DNA of 64,000 nt from Pseudomonadota bacterium (GCA_027488375.1 JAIYBW010000010.1:113-64112), one strand, 5' to 3'; positions 30,468 through 40,966 are shown, counted from the first letter of the stretch. Translations and numbers: made by a program. Notes: generated from the sequence alone by a model not told the origin.

Positions 30468-30791
30468 TTACTTAAGCTCTGCTCTTAAAGTCTTCTTCTC
30501 CCCCATAATTCCAACATCCGCTATCCCACGATAAGTGATGACAGGAAGACAAAACTTTCCATCAGCACCGGCAATTGTATTGTAAGTAGCGGGCCTTCTG
30601 CTTCCAGCATCAACAATCACTGTAATGAAGGTCTGAGCTTGAGATGGTGATTCGACTAGTCCACAAAGTTCGGCAAGTGGATTATTAAAAGTCTCATTTA
30701 TACGAACTTGAGTAAATGAAGTTATTTTAACTGAAGCTGAGAAAGCTGAAACTGAAAAGAAGCAGAGTAAAAGTGATATCGTATTTTTCAT
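30468..30791 (-). CDS. Secreted hypothetical protein
   Basis: Signal peptide ending VSAFSA; one Cys pair; GGAG RBS. Confidence 0.7.
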   Translation of the reverse strand: MKNTISLLLCFFSVSAFSASVKITSFTQVRINETFNNPLAELCGLVESPSQAQTFITVIVDAGSRRPATYNTIAGADGKFCLPVITYRGIADVGIMGEKKTLRAELK

Positions 30792-30854
30792 AAGATCTCC
30801 GTTTATTTACTCATCATCTTTTCAGTTTCATGACTAAATGACAAGACTTGAGAA

Positions 30855-31283
30855 CTAATACTTCAAGAGAAGCTTGACCATATCAACTTTTTCAATTTCA
30901 TAGCCGTTATCAACTTCTTTTGAATAATACTTCGTCTGAAATGTGCAACGCCCCGTGTTCTTAATATGCGTACCGAAGAAATTAAATCTTACTTTAGCAC
31001 AAACAATTTGAGTTCCATCAACGTCTAAAAGCACTTCTTGTGTTCTTCCATTATAGTACAAGCCTTCTATTTTAACTCTCTCATCATAAGCTACCGGTCC
31101 ATCTCCAAGCTCAACAAGTTTAATTACAACCCAGGCCCGACCAAGGTCTTTATTAATAGCGAACTCCAAACCATTAAAAGAAAAGTCACGAGTTTCATAA
31201 ACAGGTTTATTGTAAAGTGTAATTTCTCCTGCAAAGAGAGAGAAGCTAAGTAAAGCGAGGAAGGCAATCATTAATTTTTTCAT
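30855..31283 (-). CDS. Secreted hypothetical protein
   Basis: MKKLMIAFLALLSFSLFA signal peptide; AAGGAG RBS. Confidence 0.75.
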   Translation of the reverse strand: MKKLMIAFLALLSFSLFAGEITLYNKPVYETRDFSFNGLEFAINKDLGRAWVVIKLVELGDGPVAYDERVKIEGLYYNGRTQEVLLDVDGTQIVCAKVRFNFFGTHIKNTGRCTFQTKYYSKEVDNGYEIEKVDMVKLLLKY

Positions 31284-31409
31284 TTGTTACTCCTTGTATG
31301 GAAAGAGTTCTAACGAAATGAAACAAGAATGTCCTGTGAGGTGAGTGTTCAGAGAATGTGGGCCCATCTTAACAAAGAAGAATAAGCCCCTGTTTTTTCG
31401 TTCTCAAAT

Positions 31410-31679
31410 TTAAATACAATGAATATCGTGATTTCTTTCAGACATTGCTTCAATCAACTTAGGGAGCTTTTCAAGTTCATCACGGAAAAGATGACCACCA
31501 CAACAGTTTGCTAGGATCGATTGCGGAATAATCTCTCCACGGTGAGCGATCACAATGAAAGGCGTATGATCATTTTCGGACCTTAAAGAATTGAGGATTT
31601 TCTCAGACTCTTGAATATCAGTATGGTGAGAAATAATAATTTTGTGACCGTTTTTTTCAATTGTTTCGATAGCGTTCAT
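31410..31679 (-). CDS. Small hypothetical protein, possibly a degenerate receiver-like domain
   Basis: 89-aa ORF; LRSENDHTPFIVIA resembles the beta4 region of receiver domains. Confidence 0.45.
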   Translation of the reverse strand: MNAIETIEKNGHKIIISHHTDIQESEKILNSLRSENDHTPFIVIAHRGEIIPQSILANCCGGHLFRDELEKLPKLIEAMSERNHDIHCI

Positions 31680-31776
31680 TTCTAGTCCTTAAAAAAATTA
31701 TTTTAACCTAAATTAACAGAGAATTATTTGGTATAATATGAGCTAGCTCATCATAACATACGGGAGTGTTTTTTCC

Positions 31777-32736
31777 ATGAAGATGTGGATGATATTTTTT
31801 TTCCTCCTCACTTCCCTCTTGGGATGTGAGAAAAAAATTGAAATTAATCCGGCAGCGCCGCAAGGAGGAGATTTTACCATAGCCTCGACTCATGGTGAAT
31901 TTTCGACAAAGTCTCAACGAGGAAAAGTTCTTTTTTTATCATTTGGATTTACTCAGTGCCCGGCCATATGCCCTAGAACGCTCTCAAACTTGAGTCAGAT
32001 GATCAAGTCCTTACCTGAAAGTGAGAGAACAAAAGTTCAGGTATTATTTATAACTGTTGATACTGTGCAAGATACAATTCCAGTTTTAAAAGAGCATCTA
32101 GGAAAATTCTCGCCCAGTTTTATTGGGGGAAATACGGATGAAAAAAATCTGAAATCCATCATGGATAAATTTGGAGCGACTTTTAAAAAATATCCTGGGG
32201 CAAAACCTGGAACAGAGACTTTTAGTCACACGACTGTTATTTTTATCATTAATCAATCAGGCCACCTCGTAGATCGCATCAACTTTAATTCTTCTGTCGT
32301 TAAACTTCTTGCAACATTTAGAGGTGCCCAAGAAAAATCTCCCCTCTACGCCAAGCATCGTTCGCAACGAATGATCAAAACAATTGCAGAGAACAGGGCC
32401 TGTGATCTTGCTCAAACAGATTGTAAAATTGATAATTTTGAAATCTCTCTATCCCCTCGTCCCCTAAAACCAGAAAATACTTTTAAAGTGCTCGTGAAAA
32501 AAATTGGAGACACGAAAGTTATCCCAATTGAAGTTGATATCCAAGGTGTGGAATTAAATATGGGATATATTAGGCCTACCCTCACTGCTTTAAAAAAAGA
32601 TGAATATGAGGGCGAATTTTTTCTTCCGGCCTGCGAGCTGAGTGAAATGTATTGGAAAGCGAGATTAATTCTTAAGGCATCACAGGACTATGAAGCCTTA
32701 GATCTTTATTTTAAAACTTACTCTAGTCAGCTCTAG
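31777..32736 (+). CDS. SCO1/SenC copper chaperone with an extra C-terminal Ig-like domain
   Basis: GFTQCPAICP CxxxC, ITVD, conserved His (FSHT); C-terminal CDLAQTDC and MNMG-like (LNMG) region. Confidence 0.85.
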   Translation: MKMWMIFFFLLTSLLGCEKKIEINPAAPQGGDFTIASTHGEFSTKSQRGKVLFLSFGFTQCPAICPRTLSNLSQMIKSLPESERTKVQVLFITVDTVQDTIPVLKEHLGKFSPSFIGGNTDEKNLKSIMDKFGATFKKYPGAKPGTETFSHTTVIFIINQSGHLVDRINFNSSVVKLLATFRGAQEKSPLYAKHRSQRMIKTIAENRACDLAQTDCKIDNFEISLSPRPLKPENTFKVLVKKIGDTKVIPIEVDIQGVELNMGYIRPTLTALKKDEYEGEFFLPACELSEMYWKARLILKASQDYEALDLYFKTYSSQL

Positions 32737-33400
32737 GATTTTTCTCAAACTGCTTATAGAACTTATATAAATACCAGATGGTAAAAGCATTCAGCACATG
32801 CCAGGCCGCATGACCCTGAAGGATGTGATTGTCAGGGTCACACCACCATCCTTGGATGTCACCAGTCCAAATCACAAAAGAGAGAAGAAAAATTCCAATC
32901 GCCTGAAAAAATGGTTTAAAGTTCGCCTGCATTTTTTTGCGGTAGATGAAAAACTCCACTAAAACAGTGAGGGTCACTTCAACGGCAAAAATCCATTCCC
33001 CACTTTTTCCTTGAATAAAAAGCATGAGCCCCATTGAAGTGACGAGCATAAGAAAATACGCTCCGACAAACTGGGACCACCTCAGCCAACCAACACGAGT
33101 GAGATTAAAAGTAAGGGCGAGAAGAATCAGCATGAACATGCTTGAGACGTCAAAAAACTGCCAAAAAAAAGTCATGGAGGCATGATAAATACCCGATGTA
33201 ATACCTATTGAAATGGATGACAAACCCATAAGATGGTAAGGTGAAAAACCTTTCGATCCCTTTTCTCTTAGGAGAATAATGATACCAGTTATAATGAAGG
33301 CAATATTAGAAAGTGAATTGGCCGGCTGGCGGATATATCCACAGAGCATGGCCTCACAAAATTTAAGACTCGCTGGCTGCCAATCCATCCAAGGACACAT
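32723..33400 (-). CDS. Alkaline ceramidase-like (CREST superfamily) membrane hydrolase
   Basis: FCE, NSLSNIAF, SGIYHAS, HAAWH motifs; about 7 TMs. Confidence 0.8.
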   Translation of the reverse strand: MCPWMDWQPASLKFCEAMLCGYIRQPANSLSNIAFIITGIIILLREKGSKGFSPYHLMGLSSISIGITSGIYHASMTFFWQFFDVSSMFMLILLALTFNLTRVGWLRWSQFVGAYFLMLVTSMGLMLFIQGKSGEWIFAVEVTLTVLVEFFIYRKKMQANFKPFFQAIGIFLLSFVIWTGDIQGWWCDPDNHILQGHAAWHVLNAFTIWYLYKFYKQFEKNPRAD

Positions 33401-33465
33401 GATTTATTCCTTTACTTTTAGTGACTTAGGCTAATTATCTCAAAACAAAATCTAATTGAAAATCT

Positions 33466-33492
33466 TTAACTTTTCTTAGGCTTATCCGATAA
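33466..33492 (+). promoter_or_regulatory. Sigma28/FliA-like promoter
   Basis: TTAACTTT-N11-TCCGATAA ending 8 nt before ATG 33501. Confidence 0.5.
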
Positions 33493-33500
33493 GTCTAGTT

Positions 33501-36500
33501 ATGAAAAACTATTTAAATTTTAAGGCTTTTGCCACTCTTTCTTCAGTTGGTTTATTAACCGCACTCTTTCTCAATGCCTCACCTTCAAGGCCAATCTATG
33601 AAGTGGAGTATGTAGAAGGTACGGGAATTCCTCTCTCAGAAATTGTTGAGGCTACGATTCAAGACATTGATCGTTTTACAGTTGGGGTCGTGCCCACCGG
33701 AAAACCTAGAATTGTCGTTGAAGTTAAATCAGATGAAATTGCCTATATTGATAAAAGTCTAAATATTGATGAGCTTATCATTAATGGTCAGCTTCATTGT
33801 GATTCAAGTCTTGCGGAAAATAATATTGAAATCAAGGCCCAAGTCATTTACGTAAACGGAGTTTTTCAGTGTGGAGAAAAATATAAACCCTACTTAAAAA
33901 AACTCACGCTTAGCTTGAAAGAGCGTCCAGGTGATCCTCGTCTACATGATGGGCACAAAGCACTTATAGTAAATAACGGTGGGCGGATGATTCTCACTGG
34001 AAGTCGTCGCAATGCTGGCTGGTATCGTCTAGGTCAATCGGCCAATGTAGGTGATAACTTTATTGTTTTTCCATCTAATCTTCAGAATCAAAGCCCACTT
34101 CGTCCCATGGGTGATTCTATAGCTCCCGAGTACTCATCAGTTCCTTGGAAAGTAGGAGATGAAATAGTTATCGCACCTAGTTCTTATGATCTCAATGAGG
34201 CCGAAACTTTTAAGATTACTGGAGTCGTGGGTAATAAGATTTATCTTAATGGTACTATTCAAAAATTCCATCTCGGTCAGTCCGAATTTTACAATACCAC
34301 TTACAATGGTAGAGTTGAATTTAATCCCCGTGCAGAAATTGCCAACCTCACAAGAAATATTCTCATCCGTCCAGATGAAAGTGTGACGCCGATTCCAACC
34401 ACAGATGCTTTAAATGCTGAAATTGGTGGACATGTGATGGTGATGAGAGGAGGACAGGCCTACGTTGATAGTGTGGAGTTTTACCACATGGGGCAGGCAG
34501 GAATCATGGCCCGCTACCCTTTTCACTGGCACTTTGTAGGGGATGCTCCCGGACAGTTTATTCAGAACTCGAGCGTACATCACAGTTTTCAGCGATGTAT
34601 CACTGTTCATAGAACTAATAAAACATTAGTCCATAATAACGTTTGCTATGATTTCAAAGGTCATGGATATTTTTTTGAAGACGGTGTTGAAATCGATAAC
34701 GTAATGTCGAATAACTTAGGAATATTATCTCGATACCCTCATGCCTCTAAAGTCCTTCTGGCTTCAGATCATCCGACTGTCAACAATGAACATACCGGTC
34801 GATTTCCGAACGTAGGGACTTATTGGATATCTCACCCACAAAATACAATTATTAATAACGTTGCTTCCGGAAATATAGGCTCAGGATTTTGGATGGCATT
34901 TGAGAGCCATATCTATAATTCTCAGGGCCAACTCATCACTATTCCTATTTGGTCAAACACTCAAAAATTTGAAGGTAATATTGCACACTCTGGTAAAGTT
35001 GGGTTTACTTGGGATGGGGCCCCAGTTGGTCCCCTTACAAATAATCCCAACAACCCGAAAGATCGTAAAATTGATATTAATGCATATAACCCTAGTGCCA
35101 CACCAATTTTTAGAAAATTAATTGCCTTTAAAAATAAACTCACAGGATACTATTTCCGTGGATCAACTGCCGTTTATGAAGGTGGGATCTCGGCTGACAA
35201 TGGTAGACATTATTGGATGGCGTTCAATCAAATCATAAGAAATGCTGTCATTATTGGAAAAAGTGCGAACTATTCAGCAGCTGATCAGGCACTAGCTCTG
35301 ATCCAAAATCGTGAAGACCGTAACAAAGAGGTAGGAGTGGTTCAGTACGATGGACCCTTCGAACTCGATGGTGTGGATTTTTTAAATTATCCAACTCAAA
35401 AAACATTCTTAAATGCAACTGAAACCACCCGATTACCAATCGGAGTGATTTTTAGTTTCGAGAGACTCCATAACAGCTCAAAGAGAGTTTCTTTTAATCC
35501 TGATCCTATTCATCGCGCTTATCTGCCAACAGTTATTGGGCAGCCACAATTTAATGATGAACTCTCAAAAGCATCGGGCATGAGAGATATTGATGGAACT
35601 CTTAGTGGTTCTCCAGGCATGATTGTGGCCTCTAAATCCTTAGCAATCACTCCCAACAGTCAGTGCGTTTCATTGGGTCAAAAATTAGAGGGTTTTTCAA
35701 GATGTCCAGTAAACTTTAGTGAAGCTTACTTACACATTTTCAGAGGAAATGGTTCTCCTTCACTGACGGCCCCATTTATCGTCAGAAGAAGTGATGGGGC
35801 CCTAACATTTGATATGAACAGCTGGGCATCTATATTTAATACAGGCGGTGGCATTGCAGGGCACGTAGTTTCAATCGCAAATTCTCCTCAGCATGATTAT
35901 GAAATCATGTTTAATAATATACCAAATCCAGAATTTGGAATTATAACAGAACCGACTCAACAACCTGGACCAGTTTTTAAGATAACGGGTCAAGGTTCAA
36001 ATTGTTCACTAACTGATACTAAAGATGGATCTTCTATACCATCTGCTCCAAGTCTTATTGCTCTAAGAAGTGCAACGACAACGACCTATTTCGCTGATAA
36101 AAATGATATCTACTTTCGACTCGTTCCAAAAGAACGCCATTGGACTATCAGAGAGAACAATGGAAACCAAGGCTCTGCTATGAGATTAATTTCTCCGAGA
36201 GTGAAAGTGAGTTGTGCGGGACCAAAAAATCCATACATAACTGGATATCTTGATTCTGTAGTTAAAAACAAAATTGATGGATCGGTAAAAATAAAAGGTT
36301 GGGCCTGTAATCAGACCGTAACTGCACCAGTTCAAGTGATGTTAAATGTTTTAGGATTGAGTATAAAACAGGTTCGTATTCTGACACAACTGACTACAGT
36401 TAGTTCAAACCTTGCTTCAGAGGCAGCAGTTAATTTTCAGTGTGCGAGTACTACTACTCAAGGATACCGGTTTGAAGCGATCATTCCTGCAGCCATTGCT

Positions 36501-36599
36501 CAACAGCATGCAGGAAAAAAAGTCCTCGCCGTTGGAATTTCTAATAGCGGAGGTCAGAATGGGGCCCTATTTAATTCTGGCTCTTTATCAATGCCATAA
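33501..36599 (+). CDS. Secreted G8-domain parallel beta-helix protein (CEMIP/TMEM2/fibrocystin-like)
   Basis: G8-like N-terminus, WKVGDEIVIAPS, AEIANLTRNI, GRYP-like ARYPFHWH, RCITVHRTN, GHGYFFEDG. Confidence 0.82.
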   Translation: MKNYLNFKAFATLSSVGLLTALFLNASPSRPIYEVEYVEGTGIPLSEIVEATIQDIDRFTVGVVPTGKPRIVVEVKSDEIAYIDKSLNIDELIINGQLHCDSSLAENNIEIKAQVIYVNGVFQCGEKYKPYLKKLTLSLKERPGDPRLHDGHKALIVNNGGRMILTGSRRNAGWYRLGQSANVGDNFIVFPSNLQNQSPLRPMGDSIAPEYSSVPWKVGDEIVIAPSSYDLNEAETFKITGVVGNKIYLNGTIQKFHLGQSEFYNTTYNGRVEFNPRAEIANLTRNILIRPDESVTPIPTTDALNAEIGGHVMVMRGGQAYVDSVEFYHMGQAGIMARYPFHWHFVGDAPGQFIQNSSVHHSFQRCITVHRTNKTLVHNNVCYDFKGHGYFFEDGVEIDNVMSNNLGILSRYPHASKVLLASDHPTVNNEHTGRFPNVGTYWISHPQNTIINNVASGNIGSGFWMAFESHIYNSQGQLITIPIWSNTQKFEGNIAHSGKVGFTWDGAPVGPLTNNPNNPKDRKIDINAYNPSATPIFRKLIAFKNKLTGYYFRGSTAVYEGGISADNGRHYWMAFNQIIRNAVIIGKSANYSAADQALALIQNREDRNKEVGVVQYDGPFELDGVDFLNYPTQKTFLNATETTRLPIGVIFSFERLHNSSKRVSFNPDPIHRAYLPTVIGQPQFNDELSKASGMRDIDGTLSGSPGMIVASKSLAITPNSQCVSLGQKLEGFSRCPVNFSEAYLHIFRGNGSPSLTAPFIVRRSDGALTFDMNSWASIFNTGGGIAGHVVSIANSPQHDYEIMFNNIPNPEFGIITEPTQQPGPVFKITGQGSNCSLTDTKDGSSIPSAPSLIALRSATTTTYFADKNDIYFRLVPKERHWTIRENNGNQGSAMRLISPRVKVSCAGPKNPYITGYLDSVVKNKIDGSVKIKGWACNQTVTAPVQVMLNVLGLSIKQVRILTQLTTVSSNLASEAAVNFQCASTTTQGYRFEAIIPAAIAQQHAGKKVLAVGISNSGGQNGALFNSGSLSMP

Positions 36600-36607
36600 T
36601 GATTGGG

Positions 36608-37471
36608 TTATTTTTCTTCCGTTTGTGAAGCAATCTTTTGATTAAGGAGATTTAAGTCCTCTTGAATCTCCTTAAATTCATCTTGTTCTCGTAATTTAAA
36701 AATCACTTTTTCATTATTAATAGTCGAACGAAGATGACGTTGTATTGCATGAATTGGCCCGGCAATACGGTGAGAAATTATAAGTGAAACTAAAAAAGCC
36801 ACTAAAGATAGAATTATTGAAACCCCAGCTCCTAGATACATGAAATAATTTATCATAATTTGGGATTGATCATCTCTAAAAAATGAAAATGAAAACAAAA
36901 GGACAATAATCGACGATGCAAGTGTGATGGAAGAAATGAACATAGAAAAACGAAGCTGAAATTTTGGCTTTATAAAGTATTTATTTCGAAGATCAATTTC
37001 TGGCCAGTAATAACGAGAATCCTGATAAATACCAATGCCCAAAAGGAGATAGCCGAGCCACTGAAAAAAATCTGCAAGATTAGCGTAAGGAAGATTCGAA
37101 ATATTTAAACTTATAAAATCAACCACAGAAAAACCATTAAAACGGTCAATCACATTTCCCATGATGCCACCAATAAGAACTGATAAACCGATACTGATAA
37201 ATTTTGATCTTATTGGAATTAGAGCAATACAGAAAAAGTAGAGGATTAAGACAAAGACACCGAGAGTACTTAAGGTCACTTGCTTTGCCTTAAGAGGGAG
37301 CTCAGAAAAATGACCAAGCATAATTCCATCATTTAAGACAAATTGAAATTTAAAGAGACCCCAAGTAGATATATCAACTAATCCTCGGGCCCATTGTTTT
37401 GTGAGTTGGTCAATAATGACCACAATCAAAAGCGGAAAAATAGTGATAAATAATTTTTTTAGTAAGAGCAC
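36608..37471 (-). CDS. lspA: Lipoprotein signal peptidase II fused to a 2TM-HAMP module
   Basis: DQLTKQW, GGIMGNVIDR, VVDFI and NLAD (both catalytic Asp) in the first about 165 aa; then RNKYFIKPKFQLRF, two TMs and SHRIAGP...REQDEF HAMP-like end. Confidence 0.75.
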   Translation of the reverse strand: MLLLKKLFITIFPLLIVVIIDQLTKQWARGLVDISTWGLFKFQFVLNDGIMLGHFSELPLKAKQVTLSTLGVFVLILYFFCIALIPIRSKFISIGLSVLIGGIMGNVIDRFNGFSVVDFISLNISNLPYANLADFFQWLGYLLLGIGIYQDSRYYWPEIDLRNKYFIKPKFQLRFSMFISSITLASSIIVLLFSFSFFRDDQSQIMINYFMYLGAGVSIILSLVAFLVSLIISHRIAGPIHAIQRHLRSTINNEKVIFKLREQDEFKEIQEDLNLLNQKIASQTEEK

Positions 37472-37486
37472 TTCTTATGAGATTAA

Positions 37487-40156
37487 CTAATCTTTAAATT
37501 TAGTCAAGCGAGAGATGATCTTTCTCACCTCTTCTACCCAGAGAACAAGACTTGAAATTAAAAGCAAATTTAAAAGTATTTTTCCGTCAATCGGATTCGT
37601 ATGAAAAAATTTAGACAGGGCAGGCCAGTAGATCACTACCATCTGCAAGAAAATACTGGCCATTAATCCTCCCCAAAGCCATCGATTCTTGAATAAATGA
37701 GATCCAAAAATGGACTGTGTCGCTGATCGACAATTGAGGACATTAAACCATTGGCAAAAAACTAGCAGAGTAAATGTTTCACTTCGAATCTGATCAATCG
37801 GCAGGTGTTGATTCCAGCGAAATAAAAACCAACTAAATGTCACAATCACAGAAGGTAAAACCATAAATGGGAGGCGTTTTAAAAGTTTCTGATCAATTAA
37901 ACTTTCACTCAACTGCAAAGGTTTTCTTGTCATCTCATCACCTTCGAAGGGTTCCATAACAAGATTCACAGTTAATGTTCCCTCGGTCACAAGATTTATC
38001 CATAAAATTTGAATGGCCGACAATGGTACGGGATATCCGAAACTTAAGGCCAGGGTTAAAAGGAGTACTTCATCAATCGAAGTTACAAATAAAAATAAAA
38101 TTAGCTTTTTTATATTCTGGTGAACAAGTCTGCCCTCAGAAATGGCCTGAACTATCGTAGAAAAATTATCATCTGTGAGAATAATTTTGGCAGCCTCACG
38201 GGCCACATCTGTACCAGACAATCCCATGGCAATCCCCACATCGGCTTTCATTAAGGCCGGAGCATCATTAACACCATCACCTGTCATGGCCACAACCTCT
38301 CCCTTTAACTGAAGTGATTGAATAATTCTCAATTTTTGATCAGGGCTAACACGAGAAAATAGATAGATCTCATTAATCTTTTTGCCTAATTCTTTTTCCG
38401 TAAGTGAATCTAGGTCTAAACCATCTATGACCATTTTCTTATCTGATAAAAGACCTATCGATCTTGCCAAAGAAATCCCCGTCTCCTTATGGTCACCTGT
38501 AATCATAACAGTTTTTATGCCAGCACTTTTACAATCCAGAAATGACTTTTCAATATCCGGCCTAGCAGGATCCGTTTGCGCCACAAATCCCAAAAAAATG
38601 AGATGACCATTAAGGTCAGTGTACTTCCCAATTGACTCTACTTTTCCGTAGGCAAATGCAAGTAAACGTAATGAAGAGTTGGCCAAGTCCTTAATGATTT
38701 TAGTGTAGATTGAGAGTTGATCAAAATTTAAAGTGCATAATTTTAAGATTTTTTCAGGGGCCCCTTTAATGAATACAACTTTTTTTCCAGAAAACTGATG
38801 AAGAGTCGCCATTAATTTATCTGTCGTATTAAATGGAATTTCAGTGAGTCTTGGGTGGCTTGACCTGAGAGAATCAATATTAAGACCTGACTTTGCAGCC
38901 AAGGTCAGGAGGGCCCCTTCAGTAGGATCTCCTGAAATATGCCATTGTTGTGATTTTTGATCAGGTGGAAAAAGCTGGGCATCATTACAAAGAATACTCG
39001 CTTCCATGATCTTTTGTAGCTCTTGATTTTCATTTGGTCTGATCACTTGCCCCTTATAAATAATCTCTCCTAAAGGTCTATAGCCATCACCAGTAACCAA
39101 TAATACTGAATCAAGCTTAGGAAGATATATATGAGTCACAGTCATTTGATTTTTAGTGAGTGTACCCGTTTTATCACAACAAATTGTTGTCACTGCTCCT
39201 AAATTTTCCACGGCCACAAGATCTCTAACAATAGTCCCTCTTTTGGCCAACCGTTGAACTCCTATCGCAAGGGCAATAGTCAAAGCAACAGGAAGACCCT
39301 CTGGAACTATAGAGACCATTTGTCCGACTGCGATCATGAAAATATCTAAAAAACTAAATCCTCTTAAAAGACCTATGAGAAGTGTGAAAGTAAAAACACC
39401 AAGACTCATAATAATCAGTCTCTTTCCAAATTTATCAATTTGATTTTCAAGTCTCGTCTTTGGTCTATTTGTTTCTGTGGCGAGTTGAGCAATTTTTCCA
39501 ATTTCATTTTTTGAACCAGTACTAATGACGACTGCACGCCCCCGACCGGAGGAAACGAAAGTTCCTGCAAAAACCATATTGATTCTTTCTGCTAAAGCAG
39601 TAGAAGTGTTCAGTTTTGTTTCAAATTTTTCACTGGGAAGTGACTCCCCAGTTAGTGAAGATTCATTCACTAACAGTGAGTGAGCAGTTATTATTCGTGC
39701 ATCTGCAGAAATTGCCATCCCAGCAGAAAGAATCAAAATATCTCCAGGAACAATTTCGATAGAATCTAAATGAAGCTCTTGCCCTTCTCTCATCACCAGA
39801 GACTTTTGAGGAGCAAGATTTTGTAGGAATTCTATAGAATTTTTTGCCTTCAGTTCATGAAAACTTCCAATAAGGGAATTCATGACGACAACGATAAGTA
39901 TGACAAGAGAATCCCGTAGATCACCTAAAAAGAAGGCCAAAAGCGAAGCAATAAAAAGGAGAAGTGTGAGAGGTCCTAAAAATTGTTTTATTAGGATTTT
40001 AAGAAAGGATTTCCTTTTCATTTTTGGTAATGCATTTGGCCCAAATAAATTTAGCCGAAAGCGGGCTTCATTATGACTAAGTCCCTTTTCTCGTGAGGAC
40101 TTGAGCTTTAATAAGGCATCATCTAATGGAATGGCATACCAATTAATTGTTGTCAT
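37487..40156 (-). CDS. Cation-transporting P-type ATPase (type II, Ca2+-ATPase-like)
   Basis: LTGES, PEGL, phosphorylation site DKTGTLT, KGAPE, TGD, GDGVND. Confidence 0.93.
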   Translation of the reverse strand: MTTINWYAIPLDDALLKLKSSREKGLSHNEARFRLNLFGPNALPKMKRKSFLKILIKQFLGPLTLLLFIASLLAFFLGDLRDSLVILIVVVMNSLIGSFHELKAKNSIEFLQNLAPQKSLVMREGQELHLDSIEIVPGDILILSAGMAISADARIITAHSLLVNESSLTGESLPSEKFETKLNTSTALAERINMVFAGTFVSSGRGRAVVISTGSKNEIGKIAQLATETNRPKTRLENQIDKFGKRLIIMSLGVFTFTLLIGLLRGFSFLDIFMIAVGQMVSIVPEGLPVALTIALAIGVQRLAKRGTIVRDLVAVENLGAVTTICCDKTGTLTKNQMTVTHIYLPKLDSVLLVTGDGYRPLGEIIYKGQVIRPNENQELQKIMEASILCNDAQLFPPDQKSQQWHISGDPTEGALLTLAAKSGLNIDSLRSSHPRLTEIPFNTTDKLMATLHQFSGKKVVFIKGAPEKILKLCTLNFDQLSIYTKIIKDLANSSLRLLAFAYGKVESIGKYTDLNGHLIFLGFVAQTDPARPDIEKSFLDCKSAGIKTVMITGDHKETGISLARSIGLLSDKKMVIDGLDLDSLTEKELGKKINEIYLFSRVSPDQKLRIIQSLQLKGEVVAMTGDGVNDAPALMKADVGIAMGLSGTDVAREAAKIILTDDNFSTIVQAISEGRLVHQNIKKLILFLFVTSIDEVLLLTLALSFGYPVPLSAIQILWINLVTEGTLTVNLVMEPFEGDEMTRKPLQLSESLIDQKLLKRLPFMVLPSVIVTFSWFLFRWNQHLPIDQIRSETFTLLVFCQWFNVLNCRSATQSIFGSHLFKNRWLWGGLMASIFLQMVVIYWPALSKFFHTNPIDGKILLNLLLISSLVLWVEEVRKIISRLTKFKD

Positions 40157-40250
40157 GAATGCTTTAAACCTTTCAGAGGAGGTTTAAGAAAAGCAAATCA
40201 TGACATTATTTTTGTGAAAAAAAATTAAGAGAGGCCAAAGATTCGTATTT

Positions 40251-40712
40251 TCATTCTAAAAAAACTCAGTGACTCATGAATTTTTTTCTTTCTTTTATTT
40301 TAGGATTTTGTTGTTGAGATATCTCTATGACTAACAAAGTCAGCCACAAGATCAATAGAGTGTCCCTTTTCTAAAAGCATTCCAATAACTGTAGATCGGG
40401 CAGAATGGACTGTAACATTTCCCTTAATCCCAATTTGTGTCGCATATTTTTTAATGATGTAATTCATGGATGAACCATCAAGTCTCTTGTTTATATTTCC
40501 AGTCGATGGATTAATAGTTGGCCTAAATATGAAGTCGTCCAGGCTCATCGAAAATCCCACGACTTCACTCCACTTAAGATAAGTGCCGATTGCATCTATC
40601 GCTCTGATTTAAAGGAGTCACCATCTCCTTAGAACCCTTGGCAAAATAGCGAAGGACCAAAAACTCATTTTCATAATCTAAATTTTTAAATTTTAGCCCG
40701 GCAAGCTCAGTC
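40251..40712 (-). pseudogene. 3' remnant of a homolog of the 42199-43170 tyrosine recombinase
   Basis: ELAGLKFKNLDYENEFLVLRYFAKGSKEMVTPLN / frameshift / GFSMSLDDFIFRPT...VHSARSTVIGMLLEKGHSID.VADFVSHRDISTTKS*; the catalytic Tyr codon is TAA (40300-40302). Confidence 0.93.
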
Positions 40713-40966
40713 TCAGGTTGGAATGATACAAAATTGAGTTGTGACCAGCTTAAACACCTTCTCTGTATAGAGCAGTAATCGTTATCATTTTAAAATGCTA
40801 GGACAAGTTCAATAATTAAAAATTTGAGAATTAATTATAGTCCACAATTAGTTGGCATCTTAAGGCGAATAAACCATTAAAATAAGGTCCTTAAAAAAAT
40901 AATAAAGAGAATTTAATCGCAAGTGTTATGATTAGTTTTAATAAATAATCAAATGTGGAGAAACAA

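Noticed and set aside
40300-40560. 86-aa ORF as an independent gene
   Set aside because: It is the post-frameshift part of the recombinase pseudogene.
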